This document shows, one piece after another, positions 46,201-56,193 of a DNA stretch of 64,000 bases. This DNA comes from Macrostomum lignano (Eukaryota), in contig NIVC01002659.1 in assembly GCA_002269645.1 (NCBI GenBank), positions 19,960 to 83,959 on the forward strand. Direction: 5' to 3'. A program made the position numbers and the translations under genes. The notes under the pieces were generated by a model. The model was not told where the DNA came from and ran no database searches. It saw only the letters and a program-made list of their open reading frames with translations. Position 1 is the stretch's first letter. Each line of letters starts with the position of its first letter.

Positions 46201-48700
46201 GTGCCAGCCTTCCTGCGGGAGGCGGTGAAATGCACCGGTTTCCTGCGGAACCTTTGCCGGCTTCTGAAAGCTTGCATTGTTCTCGGCTTTGTTCCGAAAC
46301 CCTGGACCGAGGCCAAGGTGGTCTTTATCCCCAAGCCTGGCCGACCGGACTACCGGTCCATTAAATCCTTCAGACCAATTAGCCTCACCTCCTCATTGGT
46401 GAAGCTGTTAGAGAGACTGGTGCTCTGGCGCCTCCTCTCTGTGGAACTGAAGAACAAGCCGCTCAGTGAGAACCAGCACGCCTTTCGGGCAGGCAGGTCC
46501 ACGGAGAGCGCGCTTCACGTTCTGGTTGACATGCTGGAGAAAGCCGTTCTTGGTAATGGCTACGCTCTCGCTGTCTTCCTCGACATTGTTGGAGCCTTTG
46601 ATAATGTCCTCTTTGAGGCTTTTGACAGAGCTCTACGTGCTAGAGGAACCCACTCGCACCTCACCCGGTGGATCATGTATATGATCAGCCACCGTACTGC
46701 CACCGCACATCTGTTGGGCCACCAACGGACGGTAACCGTCTGCAAAGGCAGCCCCCAGGGCGGTGTCCTCTCTCCAGTTCTCTGGAACATGGTCATCGAT
46801 GAGCTCCTCCAGGACAGCCATCTTGACCCCATCCTCAAGGTCGGTTACGCCGATGATGTCACAGCCGTGGCATCCGGACCGTCACCTGAAACCCTTAGAG
46901 ATCTTTTGCAAAACTTCATTCGCTCTGCTGAACGTTGGGCGGACAGGTGCGGCCTCAGGCTCTCCGAGACCAAAACTGTCGCGATCATGTTCACCAGCAG
47001 GGTAAACTGGCGTATTCGCCCACTAAAGCTTTACGGGGTGGAAATCCCATCCTGCAAGCAAACCAAGTGTCTCGGCGTTACGCTGGACCACCGGCTGAGC
47101 TGGTCCACCCACGTCCAGGCCAAAACCAAAAAAGCCCTCGCGATTCTTGCGCAGCTGCGCAGAGCCGTCGGCACCACCTGGGGCCTCACCCCAAAGCGGC
47201 TCTGGTGGATCTATACCGCAATGGTCCGACCGGCCGTTACTTACGCCGGCCTGGTCTGGACAAGCGCCTTGCAGATTAAAACCTGCCACGAAGCCCTCAA
47301 AAAGGTGCAGGGACGTGCGTGCCGCATGATCCTGAATGCCCCGCTCTCTGCTCCCTTTGACGGCCTCAACGCCTTTCTTTGCCTCCCGCCTCTGGACATC
47401 TTTGTCCGTCGCGAGGCTGCTAAAACCACCCGCCGGCTCATCGAGGCTGGCGCTAGCTTCAAGCCACAAAGAGCGATGGCGAAGCGCAAGCTCCTGCCGC
47501 ACTCTGACCTGTGCCTTAAAGTTCTGGAGGAGAGTGGGAGTGCGGCTGTCCTTTCGGACGCTGAGCCGCGCTCCCTCAATCTCTACCAACGCTTCAAGGT
47601 CACTATCCCCTCCAGGGAGAACGCCAACGACAGCTGGGCCCCTCAGGAGGTTCACTGCTTCACTGACGGATCCTCCAAAGACGGTTTATCCGGCTTTGGA
47701 GTCTGTATCCTTATCAACGGCCGCGTGATTGCTACTCACGCCCAACACACTGGCAGACTCTCCAGCGTCTTCCAGAATGAAGTCCTTGCCATCAGCTCCT
47801 GTGCAGCTGAGCTCCACTGCAAGGACTTCAAGGACAGAAGAATCTTCTTCCACTCTGACAGCCAGGCCGCTTTACAGGCCCTGTGTCACACCACTACGAA
47901 CTCCCGAACAGTCCGCGACTGTATCGGGCAGCTCAACAAGCTGGCTCGGAGGAACACCGTCCGGCTCACGTGGATCCCAGGACACGCCGGCTTCAAAGGT
48001 AACGAGCTCGCCGACTCCCTCGCTAAGGCGGGCTGTTCCGGCTCGCCCCTTGGCCCCGTGCCCCTGGCCCCCATCCCCGCCACAGTCATTAATCGTCAGA
48101 TTAACGACTGGGCGGACATCCTGCACTTGCGCAGATGGGATGGCATCTCCAACTGCCGCCAATCTCGTGCGGCAGTGCCCAATCCGTCCCTCAAGCTGCG
48201 GAGAATCCTTTTGAATCAAAATCGAAAAGATATCCGCGCTCTCACTATGACCTTCACAGGTCACGGTTGCTTTGCCAGGCACTGCTTCCTCCGATGTGTT
48301 CGCCGGAGTGAACTCTGCCCTTTCTGCAACCTCGAGAACGAAGACGCCAAGCACTTCGTCTGCTACTGCCCGGCCTTCAACCGAGACCGGCTCAACCACC
48401 TCGGGCCCAACCCGTCCCTGGACGACGTTTGCCGGCCCGAGAACATCCCACGGCTCATCCGGTTCCTCCGGGCCACCAAGCGAGCCTCCGTCTTCCCCAC
48501 CGAAGACAACGCTGCAGACAGGACCGGCAGACCTCCCTGACCGGCCCCGCGCCCTAGCCTTTGCGGGTCTTTCAGGGATTAGCGGAATGGGCGACGCTCG
48601 CCTCCCCGCTGCGTCTTCGGACCGCCCTGCAGCTAAGTCAAGTGGGTCTGAAGCTTTCACACCGCCGCAGCTTCACCGATGCCATACCTTTGCATATCCT
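43270..48700 (+). mobile_element. Non-LTR retrotransposon with RNase H (I group, probably LOA/Lian-like); ORF1 truncated and duplicated
   Basis: ORF1 remnant ends EPMEIGDSTLTDEAENELLFSSPGQ* (TAG 44831-44833), 2 nt before ORF2; a 3' UTR follows 48540. The clade call rests on domain architecture and FKPFKSPGPDG. Termini and TSD were not identified. Confidence 0.9.
44836..48540 (+). CDS. LINE ORF2: APE endonuclease, reverse transcriptase, RNase H, CCHC finger; 1234 aa, uninterrupted
   Basis: Endonuclease: IQEPW, AGDINAHH, SDH. RT: FRPISL, QHAFR, FLDIVGAFD, GSPQGGVLSP, YADD, CLGV. RNase H: FTDGS, NEVLAI, HSDSQ, WIPGHAGFKGNELADSLAK. Finger: CPFC...HFVCYC. Confidence 0.96.
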   Translation: MTVSQGIHCLQVNLQHSIAASVNLLKHTDQYAPGIILIQEPWTLRGRPQHVPTGYQCLTAGTREGNLAPRSCIMVSSSINAWLRSDLSTRDICVIQSEDILPGRTTLIASVYLPGDGEMIPVELVTLVELCSTRNYELLVAGDINAHHTHWGSSDINQRGEDFLAYIATTTLEFCNSGSTPTFNNGRRSEVLDATLATPRLFRSTREWWVLPEASLSDHKFISFTLASARNAGQLYWKRNARNTDWTAFRLALEETYRCTSTPVSINTCEEADEFAAALTDSLTAAFEASCPLKAYKGKQSAPWWNPQLGDLRRRAKRLHRRAQKTKNPADQTAYLNSIHEFKRQVRNAKTNKWREYCEELEGYRPTSRIVKALTLDKMSKLSSVKRADGSLTENPGETLEAMLTAFFPNEPARPDPPDHSVGGHVLADSIITEDRVTKAVSSFKPFKSPGPDGVVPAFLREAVKCTGFLRNLCRLLKACIVLGFVPKPWTEAKVVFIPKPGRPDYRSIKSFRPISLTSSLVKLLERLVLWRLLSVELKNKPLSENQHAFRAGRSTESALHVLVDMLEKAVLGNGYALAVFLDIVGAFDNVLFEAFDRALRARGTHSHLTRWIMYMISHRTATAHLLGHQRTVTVCKGSPQGGVLSPVLWNMVIDELLQDSHLDPILKVGYADDVTAVASGPSPETLRDLLQNFIRSAERWADRCGLRLSETKTVAIMFTSRVNWRIRPLKLYGVEIPSCKQTKCLGVTLDHRLSWSTHVQAKTKKALAILAQLRRAVGTTWGLTPKRLWWIYTAMVRPAVTYAGLVWTSALQIKTCHEALKKVQGRACRMILNAPLSAPFDGLNAFLCLPPLDIFVRREAAKTTRRLIEAGASFKPQRAMAKRKLLPHSDLCLKVLEESGSAAVLSDAEPRSLNLYQRFKVTIPSRENANDSWAPQEVHCFTDGSSKDGLSGFGVCILINGRVIATHAQHTGRLSSVFQNEVLAISSCAAELHCKDFKDRRIFFHSDSQAALQALCHTTTNSRTVRDCIGQLNKLARRNTVRLTWIPGHAGFKGNELADSLAKAGCSGSPLGPVPLAPIPATVINRQINDWADILHLRRWDGISNCRQSRAAVPNPSLKLRRILLNQNRKDIRALTMTFTGHGCFARHCFLRCVRRSELCPFCNLENEDAKHFVCYCPAFNRDRLNHLGPNPSLDDVCRPENIPRLIRFLRATKRASVFPTEDNAADRTGRPP

Positions 48701-49029
48701 CGACTCCTCCTTATCTTATCTTACCCATTATCACTCATCCTCCCCTCTCTCACTCATCCTCCCCTCTCTCACTCATCCTCCCCTCTCTCACCCATCCTCC
48801 CTCTCTCACTCATCCTCCCCTCTCTCTCAAGTAAAGACAAAGAATGTAAATCCAATGAAGCTTTTCAATAATAAATCATACGCTGATATGCATCCTGAAG
48901 TAATATTTATTTATAAAATAAAATAAAAATTTTATCATACACTAGTGTGTTCATCCATTAGGCAAGTCAGCCAGTTTTTTAAGTCCCTAAAATGGATTTA
49001 CGACAACTGACTGCCGAACTTAACCTTGG

Positions 49030-49290
49030 GGGGGGGGCTAAATTTGAATCTCGGCTTGGCTCTGCTCGTGCAATTAACGCCCTTGAGGCCCAACCCCCAA
49101 GGCACAGTGAAGTGTACATGCCTAACGATAAATAAAGTTAGGGCCGCTGTACACTCCTGTGTGAGTGTGTGCCTGCGCGTATGACTGCGTACGTATCCGC
49201 GTGCTTGTGTGCCTGCTCAGGGGAGTCGGCGGAATGGGCAGTAATGCCTCTCGCCGGTTGTGTGACAATTTCGCTTGAAGTGCGCCAGGG
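49030..49290 (+). mobile_element. Headless copy of SINE family B
   Basis: Matches 3565-3795 (GAATCTCG.CTTGGCTCTGCTCGT.CAATTAACGCC...GTGTACATGCCTAACGATAAATAAAGTTAGGGCCGCTGT...CTCAGGGAGTCGGCGGAATGGGCAGTAATGCCTCTCG). Confidence 0.8.
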
Positions 49291-49404
49291 TGCACACAGC
49301 CCCCTGGCTGTAATAAAAAAGATCTAGCCCTAGCCCTACCCTAGCCCTAACTCTAACCTAAGTGATCAGCAATCAAATTATTGGCAGCCAATCGACATGC
49401 TCGC

Positions 49405-51675
49405 CTAAACAATGGAGAACTTCTGCCTGAGCCTGCAGTGGGCGCAGCCGTCATCAAAATAGTCACCAATCAGCAATTCGTAATCCCCAGCCAGCGCAGA
49501 CATTGCGCTGCCATTCCACAGCTGCATGTCTTCAGGCAGGACGTGCATCCGCACTTGCTGCAGCCGGCCACCTCGTTGCCAAGCAATCAGCCGCATAGCA
49601 ACCAGCCAGACGCGCGGATTTCGTCCGATTCTGCTGCCCGGAGCCGGTCTCAAGTAGGCCTTGGCCGAATACAAGCAGCTGTACTCCGAGCTGCCCGGTA
49701 TGCTGGCCGAGAACGCCAGGTCCAAGGCGGCGCCGCGGGCCACTCGGACGGGGGCGGACAGTTCGGACAGTTGGACGCGACAGGCGGCGAAGGTGAGACC
49801 CTGGCCAAACCGGTACAGCGGCCGAGGCGCGGAGCCGACTGGCTCATCCAGAAATCGGTAGGTCATGTTCGCCAGGGTGTAGTTGGTGATGGAGCTGAGA
49901 GGCTGGTCGGGGGAGTACCAGGTGAACGGCAGGCTGGCGAACGGCGACATCTCGCCGGTCAACACGGCGGCGACGGCGACGCCGACCTCCTGGGCGGGGA
50001 AGCCGCACCAGAGAATGGCGCGGATCCCGGATCGGGGATCGGCCGCCAGCTGAATGTCCACCGGGCCGCCGGAGAAGATCAGCAGAACGGCTGGCGGCCA
50101 TCGGCCCGGCGACTCGGCCAGGCTGCGCACCAGACGGTCCTGGCCGCTCGGCAGGCTGAGGTTCCGCCTGTCCGTGTTCTCCGCCTCCACCAGCTGGCCG
50201 GTGCCCACCGCCACCAGCAGCAGGTCGCTCATCCGCGCCGCCTCCAGCAAGACGGACTCGTTGCGGCGTCGGCAGAGCACGCCGTCCAGGCAGTAGCGCC
50301 ACACGGTGACGACGGCACCGACTCTGGCAAGGCCGGACCGCAGCGGCACCTGGTACTGCGGCATCGGATCGGCTGCGTAGGACCCGTACATCAGCGTCAT
50401 GTTGTCGGCGAACGGCCCGATTAGGCCGACGCGTTTGCCATCAAGTCGGCCGACGCTAAGCGGCAGAAAATCGTCGGCATTCTTCAGCAGCACAAAGCTG
50501 GCCGCGGCCAGGCCGGCCGAGAGTCGGCGCTGCCCGTCCGTCTGGACGATGTCGGCCAGCCGCAGCCGGCTGTACGGATTCGAGTCGGCTGGATCGAACT
50601 CGCCCAGCCGCATGCGGGTGTAGAACAGCGGATAGGCCCGCCCGAGCAGCTGCTGCCGGGTGACCCGACCGGCGGCCACTGCCTCGTGCAGGTGCTCGAA
50701 AACGATGCAGGCCTGGTCGGGGCAGCCCGGCGGCGACAGCTCGAGGTTGACGCCAGCCTGAAGGGCGCCGACGGCCGCCTCGGACCGGTTGGCGAAGTAC
50801 TTGTGAAAGTCGACGGCAAACTCCAGCGCCCCCTCATCGCTGACCACGTAGCCGGTAAAGTTCCAGTCGCGGCGCAGCACGTCGGTGAGCAGGCGCTTGT
50901 TGGCGCAGGCGGGAACTCCGTTCACCGAGTTGTAGCTGCACATCACCGAGAAGCTGCCCGCCGACAGGCAACGTCGGAACTGCGGCAAGAACGACTGGCG
51001 GAGGTCCTGCTCCGGCACGATGGCGTTGAAGGACACCCGAGACACGGGGAAGTCTTCCGGGCCGCTGTACGCGGCGAAGTGCTTGCAGCCGGCGCCGGCT
51101 AGGGCAAACCGGTTGGCGGCCAGGTCGCCGCCTTGCAGGCCGCGCACAAAAGCGGCGGACAGGACGCCAGTCAGGTGCGGGTCCTCGCCGTACGTCTCTT
51201 GGTTGCGGCCCCAGTAGGGATGCCGCAGCAGGTTGATCACCGGAGCGAAGCAGGTCAGGCCGTGATGGTCGCTGTAGTTGCCGGCCTGCGAGTAATCGTT
51301 GTAGGACGCGCGCACTTCCAGCCCGGTGGCGCGGGCCATCGCCTCCACCAGCTCCGGGCTGAAGGTGGCCGCCAGGCCGATGGCCTGCGGAAACGAAGTG
51401 GCCGGGCCGGCCTCGCCGTGGCCGCTGAGGCACTCTGTGTTCCACTGGTAGGGCCGGATGCCCAGCCGTGGCACGGCCGGCGCTGGGCCGCCGTTTGTCC
51501 CTGCGCCGCCTTTGCTGAGCTGCTCGACAAGCTCGCTGTCCGTCAAACGGTTCAGCAGGTCGCGGACTCGAGCGTCCCAGGACAGCGTCGGATCCCAGAA
51601 GGGCAGCTCGGGGTGCCGAGCGGCGACAATGCTCAGGATGGGGAGGAGGAGCAGCCATAGCAGTCGCATTGCCAT
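49405..51675 (-). CDS. Secreted glycoside hydrolase family 3, beta-xylosidase/arabinofuranosidase-like, single exon, 756 aa
   Basis: Signal peptide MAMRLLWLLLLPILSIVAA (ATG 51675). GH3 motifs WNTECLSG, ATSFPQAIG, FAPVINLLRHPYWGRNQETYGEDP, CKHF, VMCSYNSVNGVPAC, GYVVSDEGA (nucleophile Asp) and EAENTDR. Confidence 0.93.
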   Translation of the reverse strand: MAMRLLWLLLLPILSIVAARHPELPFWDPTLSWDARVRDLLNRLTDSELVEQLSKGGAGTNGGPAPAVPRLGIRPYQWNTECLSGHGEAGPATSFPQAIGLAATFSPELVEAMARATGLEVRASYNDYSQAGNYSDHHGLTCFAPVINLLRHPYWGRNQETYGEDPHLTGVLSAAFVRGLQGGDLAANRFALAGAGCKHFAAYSGPEDFPVSRVSFNAIVPEQDLRQSFLPQFRRCLSAGSFSVMCSYNSVNGVPACANKRLLTDVLRRDWNFTGYVVSDEGALEFAVDFHKYFANRSEAAVGALQAGVNLELSPPGCPDQACIVFEHLHEAVAAGRVTRQQLLGRAYPLFYTRMRLGEFDPADSNPYSRLRLADIVQTDGQRRLSAGLAAASFVLLKNADDFLPLSVGRLDGKRVGLIGPFADNMTLMYGSYAADPMPQYQVPLRSGLARVGAVVTVWRYCLDGVLCRRRNESVLLEAARMSDLLLVAVGTGQLVEAENTDRRNLSLPSGQDRLVRSLAESPGRWPPAVLLIFSGGPVDIQLAADPRSGIRAILWCGFPAQEVGVAVAAVLTGEMSPFASLPFTWYSPDQPLSSITNYTLANMTYRFLDEPVGSAPRPLYRFGQGLTFAACRVQLSELSAPVRVARGAALDLAFSASIPGSSEYSCLYSAKAYLRPAPGSRIGRNPRVWLVAMRLIAWQRGGRLQQVRMHVLPEDMQLWNGSAMSALAGDYELLIGDYFDDGCAHCRLRQKFSIV

Positions 51676-52219
51676 ATCTCTGCTCCCGTGTCTAAATTGT
51701 GTTTTGCTAAACAAAACTCCTGAGCTCTGAACCAACTGTCGTCAATTTAACCCTAGTTGTGCCCAGGCCCGCCCTGATCCAGCATGAGCATCTGCAACTG
51801 CTGGTAAGCAAACTAAAGCGTTTCGTACTGAAAGCAAATAGGTAGATAAAGCTGGATAAGGTCTCTTTCCTTACCTCGCCTCTGCCTATCTCTCTTTCTC
51901 TGCCCCGGATTTTTCGATGCGTTTCTCTTTCTTAGAAATGCTACATGTCTGACTTTAGGCCGCTGGCTGTGTGTGACTGCGCGCGCGTGTCTGTGTGTAT
52001 TTTTGCAGTCAGGCCCCGCCCGCCCCTCCGTGTTCACACGCGCCCTTGTGGCCCCCTCCCAGCTGCCATCTTTGCAGCAAACGCGATTTGAAACTCGTGA
52101 TAAGGAAAGCTAATCCTTATCCGCTGCGCAACACTCCTTTCGCTATTCTATCTAGCCAAGGAGGCCCAGAGGCAGAAGCCCGGAGTAGAAAATCATACCA
52201 CCTTAAGCCTACATTTTTA

Positions 52220-53157
52220 TACAACTTTAGGCTGGACTGAAGTTCGTCCAGTTAGGGGGTTCATGTCTCCGACACTTCATATCTCCGACACTTCACATCT
52301 CCGACACTTCACATCTCCGACACTTCATATCTCCGACACTTTATATCTCCGACACTTCATATCTCCGACACTTTATATCTCCGATACTTCATATCTCCGA
52401 CACTTTATATCTCCGATACTTCATATCTCCGACACTTCATATCTCCGACACTTCATATCTCCGACACTTCACATCTCCGACACTTCATATCTCCGACACT
52501 TTATATCTCCGATACTTCATATCTCCGACACTTCACATCTCCGACACTTCATATCTCCGACAGTTCATATCTCCGACACTTCATATCTCCGACACTTCAT
52601 ATCTCCGACACTTCATATCTCCGACACTTCACATCTCCGACACTTCATATCTCCGACACTTCGATCTCCGACACTTCGATCTCCGACACTTCGATCTCCG
52701 ACACTTCATATCTCCGACACTTCATATCTCCGACACTTCATATCTCCGACACTTCATATCTCCGACACTTCATATCTCCGACACTTCATATCTCCGACAC
52801 TTCATATCTCCGACACTTCATATCTCCGACACTTCGATCTCCGACACTTCATATCTCCGACACTTCGATCTCCGACACTTCATATCTCCGACACTTCATA
52901 TCTCTGACACTTCAGATTTCCGACACTTCAGATTTCCGACACTTCATATCTCCGACACCTCAGATCTCCGACACTTCATATCTCTAACAATTTATAGGGT
53001 TAGGATGAACTGATTTGTCGGAGATATCATAGAATACGCAAAATCTGGCCCTGAAATAAGACCGAGTTCACATGGTTTGCTAGTTTGGTTCAGGCAACCG
53101 CAAAATTGCCGATATTTTGTGTTTATTTTGAAGAACTACAGTCGGCCTAAAATTGTA
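52220..53157. mobile_element. Degenerate TIR element enclosing a 16-bp minisatellite
   Basis: TACAACTTTAGGCTGGACTGAAGTTCGTC (52220-52248) vs the reverse complement of 53130-53157 (TACAATTTTAGGCCGACTGTAGTTCTTC). TSD not evident. Confidence 0.5.
52263..52985. repeat. 16-bp minisatellite (ATCTCCGACACTTCAT)
   Basis: Tandem units with 15-bp variants. Confidence 0.97.
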
Positions 53158-53584
53158 CGCTCGTATGCAAATGGGTGAGGGTTGATTTTAACTGTCCTTG
53201 ATGGAGCAATAGAAGCTGCTTGTGCGCGCCTGCCGTATTGAAGCCCACCTTCCATCATAGTGAGAGAGGGAGGGAGGGGGAGGGGACGGCCAACCCTGCC
53301 AAGTCAGTCAGTCATTCCCATCCCCTTGCTTCAATACTGAACTACGAATGTGCGAAATGCTTGGCAAGATGAAGGGGGGAGACTGCTTGAGGAAGCCGGT
53401 GTTGATTTAACCCAAATAACATGCTATGCAGTATGTTTTTTGACAGTTTCTATTAATTCTAGTTTGCAAAGCATAAATTTACGAATAGCATATGTTTAAT
53501 GGTGCGATGGATGGCAATGCATTGTGTTAAGGAGGCTTGTAGGTACTGCGACTATAGGTAATTGGTACTGGTTGTCAGTCATAG

Positions 53585-54462
53585 GTACTGGGTATTGGGT
53601 ACTGGGTATTGGGTATTGGGTACTGGGTGTTGGGCACTGGGTATTGGGTACTGGGTATTGGGTATTGGGTACTGGGTGTTGGGCACTGGGTATTGGGTAC
53701 TGGGTATTGGGTATTGGGTATTGGGTACTGGGTATTGGGTATTGGGTACTGGGTGTTGGGCACTGGGTATTGGGTACTGGGTATTGGGTATTGGGTACTG
53801 GGTGTTGGGCACTGGGTATTGGGTACTGGGTATTGGGTACTGGGTATTGGGTACTGGGTATTGGGTACTGGGTATCGGGTACTGGGTATTGGGTATTGGG
53901 TATTGGGTACTGGGTATTGGGTACTGGGTATTGGGTACTGGGTATTGGGTACTGGGTATTAGGTACTGGGTATTGGGTACTGGGTATTGGGTATTGGGTA
54001 TTGGGTACTGGGTATTGGGTACTGGGTATTGGGTACTGGGTATTGGGTACTGGGTATTGGGTACTGGGTATTGGGTACTGGGTATTGGGTACTGGGTATT
54101 GGGTACTGGGTATTGGGTACTGGGTATTGGGTACTGGGTATTGGGTATTGGGTATTGGGTACTGGGTATTGGGTACTGGGTATTGGGTACTGGGTATTGG
54201 GTACTGGGTATTGGGTACTGGGTATTGGGTACTGGGTATTGGGTACTGGGTATTGGGTACTGGGTATTGGGTACTGGGTATTGGGTACTGGGTATTGGGT
54301 ACTGGGTATTGGGTACTGGGTATTGGGTACTAGGTATTGGGTACTGGGTATTGGGTACTGGGTATTGGGTACTGGGTATTGGGTACTGGGTATTGGGTAC
54401 TGGGTATTGGGTACTGGGTATTGGGTACTGGGTATTGGGTACTGGGTATTGGGTACTGGGAT
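53585..54462. repeat. 7-bp G-rich repeat (GGGTATT/GGGTACT)n, G-quadruplex-prone
   Basis: About 125 GGG runs separated by 4 nt. Confidence 0.98.
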
Positions 54463-55147
54463 ACTACCCCAGAAAATTCTGGCACTCTTGAAAAAATAAG
54501 AAAAAATATTCAGCAAAAAATTCGCTGGACTGCACTCAGTTCAGCTCGATGCCCTGCCCTGTTTATGAATACGGTTCCTTGGCCACTGGCCAGGCACTCA
54601 GCTTCTGCGTCCTTCCTGTGTGCTCCATCCGCTACAGGCGGTCTCCCCTACCGACCCCATGGGGGATCTGTTCTCATAAAATTGGGGAGAATGACTGTGG
54701 GATGGGGGGCAGGTTATTTGCTGTAAGTCTGCTGCTGCCCGGCGGCTCCACTTCCTTCCTTCCTCTCTTTTTGCCTGGCGGCGCAATACAATTTCTTCTT
54801 CCCAATGGCCTCCTCATCTTGAGTAGAGATTCTGCCCCCCCCCGTATCCTTCGGACCGTCTTTTACCGGTCACGGAACACTGAGAGAGAGAGAGAGCGAC
54901 AGGCAATACAAAATGAAGACGGATGGCATGGGGCCATCGCAGCATGCAGTGCCCGATATTGGACCAATTGGCCACTCAAGCACGAATGCAGACAGAGATG
55001 GAGGCTCGGTCTGCTATTGACAGAAGATTGAGAACGAGTTTTCAGGAAATTAGTCACGCACTTTGGGCTCCATTCGACAGCTGGATCTCCGGGGCAGAGT
55101 TGTTTCTTTGCTGCAATCCCTGCATGCACATCAATACCCGAACCGAT

Positions 55148-55480
55148 CCCTACATCAGTCCCTACATCAGTCCCTACATCAGTCCCTACATCAGTCCCTA
55201 CATCAGTCCCTACATCATTCTACATCAGTCCCTACACCAATCCCTACATCAATCCCTGCATCAGTCCCTACATCAGTCCCTACATCAGTCCCTACATCAT
55301 TCTACATCAGTCCCTACACCAATCCCTACATCAATCCCTGCATCAATCCCTACATCAGTCCCTACATCAGTCCCTACATCAGTCCCTACATCAGTCCCTA
55401 CATCAGTCCCTACATCAGTCCCTACATCAGTCCCTACATCAGTCCCTACATCGGTGCCTACATCAGTCCCTACATCAGTC
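55148..55480. repeat. 12-bp minisatellite (CATCAGTCCCTA)
   Basis: Direct tandem units. Confidence 0.95.
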
Positions 55481-56193
55481 TTTACATCAACCCTTACAAT
55501 CGATCCTTGCATCAACTCCTGCATCAGTCCCTACACAAATCCTGCATCGATCTCACCATACCATACCAACAAACGTTAAGCTATAAAATGCATCTATTTG
55601 ACTGAAAAACCAGACAAAAAGTAAACAACATTCGTTTGCCGCGCATAAAAAATGGTTCGACAGTCCCTTACTCGAGCCGAAGCGATCAAGAACAGAACCT
55701 TTAACTGAAAACACGAACACATCCAATATATTATAGCAGTAGTTTATACAAAACAGCTGTGCCTTTGATTGTTGAACGTTGTGCCTAATTAAGCAGAGGA
55801 AGCTGACAGACGAACGGGACACAAGGACCACAAGAAGTTACTGCTCCATCAGGTTGTGACACTAGACAATGCATTACCAAGATAGAAAATCGACATTTTT
55901 AAGCACTCAATGGACGATTTCTTACCTTCTGGTATTACCACTAGCATATGCAGCTGGCATGTATTTGGTCCCAGCTGGCTTCATCAGTTTGTCTACTTAA
56001 ATTCAAGCAAAAAAGCCCCAATGAAGATGATAAATGCGCCAAAACTGGAGCGAAATGACCCTTTATCCTATTCCTATCTCTTTAATGCATTGATGCATTC
56101 TGCAAAATATCCGATCAAAGTAACACTCGCCAATGCGATATTGAGCTTCTTCTTCTAGTGGTCCTTGCTGGGACAAAGGGAAAAACTCAGCAT

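Noticed and set aside
45172-48871. Secondary ORFs overlapping LINE ORF2
   Set aside because: GC-driven shadow frames with no recognisable domains.
49381-51660. Long overlapping ORFs antisense or off-frame to GH3 (49381-50424, 50834-51658, 51133-51660)
   Set aside because: Expected shadows of GC-rich coding sequence, with no motifs.
49405-51735. Bacterial contamination or an operon at GH3, and the track's 776-aa start
   Set aside because: The flanks are host-type SINEs and minisatellites with no prokaryotic neighbours. The track's start at 51735 is not ATG, while ATG 51675 precedes the signal peptide.
54923-55140. Unique 5' part of the 218-aa ORF as a real gene
   Set aside because: No motifs, no convincing splice donor, and it runs directly into the 12-bp array.
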